A DNA stretch of 64,000 nt, from NCBI GenBank assembly GCA_965208905.1, contig OZ242365.1:1920001-1984000 (forward strand), written 5' to 3'. Position 1 is the first letter of the stretch, and each line of letters starts with the position of its first letter. Below the pieces are notes generated by a model. That model did not search any database and had not been told where the DNA came from. It was given only the letters and a program-made list of their open reading frames with translations. Shown piece by piece: positions 60,496 to 64,000 of the stretch. The translations under genes were made by a program, and so were the position numbers. This DNA comes from Nitrosopumilaceae archaeon (GTDB lineage: Archaea > Thermoproteota > Nitrososphaeria > Nitrososphaerales > Nitrosopumilaceae).

Positions 60496-61770
60496 CTAGT
60501 GACCGGGATTATATCGCAGCATGGCGGCAACTCTGCCCAAGCTAGACAGCATGGCGCCATGTTCGCTCTTACCAGATATCACCTCAACGGTTGCACCTAT
60601 CTTACTACATACTAGTGACAGATAATCTATAATATCCTGCTCTGTGACCTGTATATCTTCGGACTTACATGAAGGACATGGGCTGGACACAAATCCATTC
60701 TTTGTGGAGATTACCTTGACTCTCTCCACCATGGCTACCTGTTCAGCGTTGCACCGCCGGCATGTAGCAACAATCCTGTGTAGGTCTATATCATCAGCTA
60801 CCAATACTGTCTGTGCCACGTTGTTTGATATGTGATTTAAAATATCCTTCATGCCATACGCGGCCAAACCTGATCGTCGATTTATGTCCCGAAATAGATT
60901 CTCGACGAACTTCTTCTCCTCCATGAGCCTAAAGTCAGATAGTACATCAGAAGATTTTGCAAACGCTTCGCGGACACCTTCTGCGCCAGAGTACGACGAA
61001 TCGATTGTGGAGAGTATCATATCCTTGAGCCTATACTCCAAATGGTTTCCCTTGATGAACTCTTCTTTGGTAGGGCCGGGACCAGACACAATTATACCCT
61101 TTACTTTGTGTATATCTAAAAACAGCTCCTGTGTAGTCTTGGCCACACGGTTAAAGTAGTATGTCAGCTCCATCTCACGAAGTTTTTGAAATCTTTTTGC
61201 CGACTGGCCGCCCTGCCTATGCTTGCCGGCCACGCCCGAACCAGTTTGGGATAGCACCTCTAGTCTATCACCGCGTAAAAGGCCCCATCCGCAGTCCTTG
61301 GCATCAATAGCTAGAAACCCTATGGCATTATCATCGCGAAGCATGTCCTTTAGTATGTCAGTATGAAAGTGATCATCGCATCGATACAGGTACTGCCTAA
61401 GGTCCTTTATTGGATCTATCTCGTATATTTCAAGAACCTCACTGCCTATAGGTGCACCCTCATCAGGAGGTAGTGCACCACAAAATACTACAAGTCCACG
61501 CTCGGGTGTCTTTTTGTATAATTTTAAGCGTTGTACCACCTTTGCCAGTGAATCTACAACATGAGTCCGAGTCAAGTCAGACTTTATGTTAGAAGCAGTA
61601 CCCTGCTCAGACTGAAGCGTGCTAATAACCTCATGCAGTTGTCTATTTTTTGGTATATAGACAGATATGAGTTCGGTACCGCGTCCGCGCTTTCTGGACA
61701 GCTCCGCGAGGAGTTTGCGTATACGATACATCTTGACCGAATCGCGTTTGTCTACTTTTATTGCGCCCAT
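60496..61770 (-). CDS. prf1: peptide chain release factor aRF1
   Basis: GTELIS, NIKS, YRCD and GGQS motifs. Confidence 0.97.
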   Translation of the reverse strand: MGAIKVDKRDSVKMYRIRKLLAELSRKRGRGTELISVYIPKNRQLHEVISTLQSEQGTASNIKSDLTRTHVVDSLAKVVQRLKLYKKTPERGLVVFCGALPPDEGAPIGSEVLEIYEIDPIKDLRQYLYRCDDHFHTDILKDMLRDDNAIGFLAIDAKDCGWGLLRGDRLEVLSQTGSGVAGKHRQGGQSAKRFQKLREMELTYYFNRVAKTTQELFLDIHKVKGIIVSGPGPTKEEFIKGNHLEYRLKDMILSTIDSSYSGAEGVREAFAKSSDVLSDFRLMEEKKFVENLFRDINRRSGLAAYGMKDILNHISNNVAQTVLVADDIDLHRIVATCRRCNAEQVAMVERVKVISTKNGFVSSPCPSCKSEDIQVTEQDIIDYLSLVCSKIGATVEVISGKSEHGAMLSSLGRVAAMLRYNPGH

Positions 61771-61802
61771 GAAATACAAGTCTCAATACACTCAATATGT
61801 GG

Positions 61803-62435
61803 CTATCTAACGATACTCTGTATTGTATTGACAAATGTCTCATATGGTTGATTGCCTACTATTTTGACATGATAAGTACCATTTGTAATAATAAACGATG
61901 GTGTGGCATCTATGCCTATATTTTGTGACTCAGTATATGATTTTTGGACATATTCCAGATGTTGTTCAGAGTTAATGCAGTCATTATACAAAGATATGTC
62001 AAGACCCGCATCGAGCGCAAAACCATACAGAGATAGTGGAGTTATCCATCCGGTCCTCTCACCAGCCCAATTGTCATACAACACATCATGGTATTTCCAG
62101 TATAATCCCTGATCTGCTGCGCAGTGGGATGCCTGAGCAGCCAAGGCAGAATCCTCGCCATTTAAAGGAAAATCGTAGAATATTATACGTAGTGTGCCAG
62201 TATCCACATACTGCTCTTTTAGTGTGTTCAGTGTACTTTGGTGAAATCTATAGCAGTACGTACATTGGTAGTCGCCCCACTCCAATAGGGTTAGTGGCGC
62301 ATCTGCATCTCCCAAAGGGATTGAACCCTGCAAATCAATGATATCACTTGTGGGCGGGTTATCTTGTGTAGTTAAATTTAGTACATATATTACAGGTATG
62401 ATGGCAGCAATCGCCACTATGATGTATAATCGCAT
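61803..62435 (-). CDS. DsbA-like thioredoxin-fold protein
   Basis: N-terminal TM helix, DYQCTYC and ATPSF motifs. Confidence 0.92.
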   Translation of the reverse strand: MRLYIIVAIAAIIPVIYVLNLTTQDNPPTSDIIDLQGSIPLGDADAPLTLLEWGDYQCTYCYRFHQSTLNTLKEQYVDTGTLRIIFYDFPLNGEDSALAAQASHCAADQGLYWKYHDVLYDNWAGERTGWITPLSLYGFALDAGLDISLYNDCINSEQHLEYVQKSYTESQNIGIDATPSFIITNGTYHVKIVGNQPYETFVNTIQSIVR

Positions 62436-62513
62436 GTATAATTGATAGAAAAAAGAGAATAAATTCCCTTGTATTTAATTAAGAATATAACTATGATTAG
62501 ATAATGAAAAAAC

Positions 62514-63188
62514 ATGACGCAGGCTTTGATTTTAGCTGGAGGTAGGGGGGAGAGGCTTCGCCCAATTACAGATTATGTGCCAAAGCCTCTGGTACCATTA
62601 GACAACATACCATTACTGGAGTGGCAGTTGCGATACCTACAACAATTTGACATATACGATGTTGTAATATGTGCCGGATACAAAACAGAACTAATTCAAA
62701 ACTTTTTGAATTGGGGCAGATATAGTCAAGTCAACATATCAGTAGAGAGTGAACCGTTGGGGACGGGCGGCGCCATAAAAAATGCAGCCAATTACATACA
62801 TGATGAATTTTATGTATTAAATGGCGATATTATAACAGATATTGATATTAATTTAATAAAACATAATCATGTTGCATCAGTTCCTTTGCGCACGCAATTT
62901 GGCACATTAAATATCAAAGGTGACAGCATAGTCGAATTTAATGAGAAACAGATAATTAAAGACAGATGGATAAATGCAGGAATATATCATTTTGGAACTG
63001 ATGTCTTAAAAGATCTTCCCATTAAAGGAGATATAGAAAGGACACTCTTTCCTGTATGGGCTCAAAAAGGCAAATTAAAAGTAGCTAAATTTCCCAATGC
63101 CAAATGGTATTCAATAGACTCCTTCAAGGACCTGCACAAGTGCTCAAGTCATGTAAGAGATATAATAACGCCTAAAAGTCCATATTAA
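62514..63188 (+). CDS. NDP-sugar nucleotidyltransferase family protein
   Basis: ILAGGRGERLRP...PKPL, EPLGTGG and NGDI motifs. Confidence 0.93.
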   Translation: MTQALILAGGRGERLRPITDYVPKPLVPLDNIPLLEWQLRYLQQFDIYDVVICAGYKTELIQNFLNWGRYSQVNISVESEPLGTGGAIKNAANYIHDEFYVLNGDIITDIDINLIKHNHVASVPLRTQFGTLNIKGDSIVEFNEKQIIKDRWINAGIYHFGTDVLKDLPIKGDIERTLFPVWAQKGKLKVAKFPNAKWYSIDSFKDLHKCSSHVRDIITPKSPY

Positions 63189-63801
63189 GATCTCTCTTAA
63201 TTTGAGATATTATGGATTTGCCGTTACGCTTCCATTTGCGAATTTTATAGAGTGCCAGACCTATAGGCAGACCAAAAAATACCGTCATAAAGATTGTATG
63301 CAGCTGCCAAATCTCCACCATACGTATGGTTAGAGTATTTTCATTAAAAAGATTGCTGATTTAGATGTGTGACCTTATGGTGTGTCGTGTAGTTACAGTC
63401 CCAGACCGATAACATTTTTAAACATTGGCATATGTAATTATTTTTTTAGAGCACTGTAGATATACAGGAATTATAAACATCAAACAATAAAACGCCAAAA
63501 GTATTTAGGTAGATCTTGGAGCAATGTTAAGTGATTTTTTCTGCACATCTACCTAGATGTTAATCTTTACAGGTTGCAGAGTTTGGCATCTGTTACCAAT
63601 GTACCTGCAGTATACAGTATGTCTTTTGTTTGTATTAAAGAGTAAATTGCGCATAGTATTTTTAGTTCTGATCTTGCTGGTCGATATATGTGTAGATTTA
63701 TTTTTTGGGAGGGTGTAAATTAAAGATTAAATGTGTGATGTATTTTAAGCTGGTTTTAATTTGCAATATAATATTTTAAGGTGAACAGTTTTAAAATATA
63801 C

Positions 63802-64000
63802 ATGGCACAGGATAATATCATAGATTGGTCTGCAGACACCACACTACATTGGGACGACTTTGAGGCAGAGCCTCATCCGGGAGCATACCAAGACGCCATG
63901 GCCACCATCAGATACGGTTGCACATGGAATGTAGAGTCACATGATATCGATGATACATTATCGTTTAGTATACGCAACATACGACTGAATACTGTCTTTG
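63802..64000 (+). CDS. DUF922-like protein, N-terminal part (runs off window end)
   Basis: MAQDNIIDWSADTTLHWDDFEAEP: the W...L.W.DF pattern typical of this family. Confidence 0.65.
   Translation, partial: MAQDNIIDWSADTTLHWDDFEAEPHPGAYQDAMATIRYGCTWNVESHDIDDTLSFSIRNIRLNTVF

Noticed and set aside
63190-63800. 600-bp AT-rich intergenic region (possible origin or ncRNA)
   Set aside because: No ORB-like repeats, adjacent cdc6, or convincing RNA structure recognised.
1-64000. CRISPR arrays, tRNA or rRNA genes
   Set aside because: None recognised by eye. tRNAscan-SE, Infernal and a CRISPR finder would be needed to exclude them.

Overview
This is a chromosomal window from an ammonia-oxidising-type archaeon (Nitrososphaerota/Thaumarchaeota, Nitrosopumilaceae-like). 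The assignment rests on archaeal ribosomal proteins, Nop5/fibrillarin, aRF1, a TFE-beta-like protein and the WIKxxAGWW secreted-protein motif. The heavy IS load and the liv transporter would fit a host-associated (e.g. sponge) lineage, which is inference. Core blocks are the L3-L6 ribosomal protein operon, trpEGDCBA, ilvD, liv ABC genes, an rRNA/tRNA modification cluster, mqnD, thiolase/DUF35 and aRF1. Accessory content includes a complete type III CBASS (CD-NTase, HORMA, TRIP13, Cap4-like nuclease-SAVED) between inverted IS630 copies, four IS630 copies, IS5 and IS6-like remnants, a MITE and a GC-rich TauE island. The most unusual signal is two divergent tnpB genes, each filling a ~1.4-1.5 kb element bounded by 24-25 bp terminal inverted repeats and 8-bp target duplications. 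In both, the tnpB stop codon lies inside the TIR and a structured omegaRNA-like 3' end precedes it. These are DDE-type ends rather than IS200/IS605 or IS607 ends. No rRNA, tRNA or CRISPR array was recognised.
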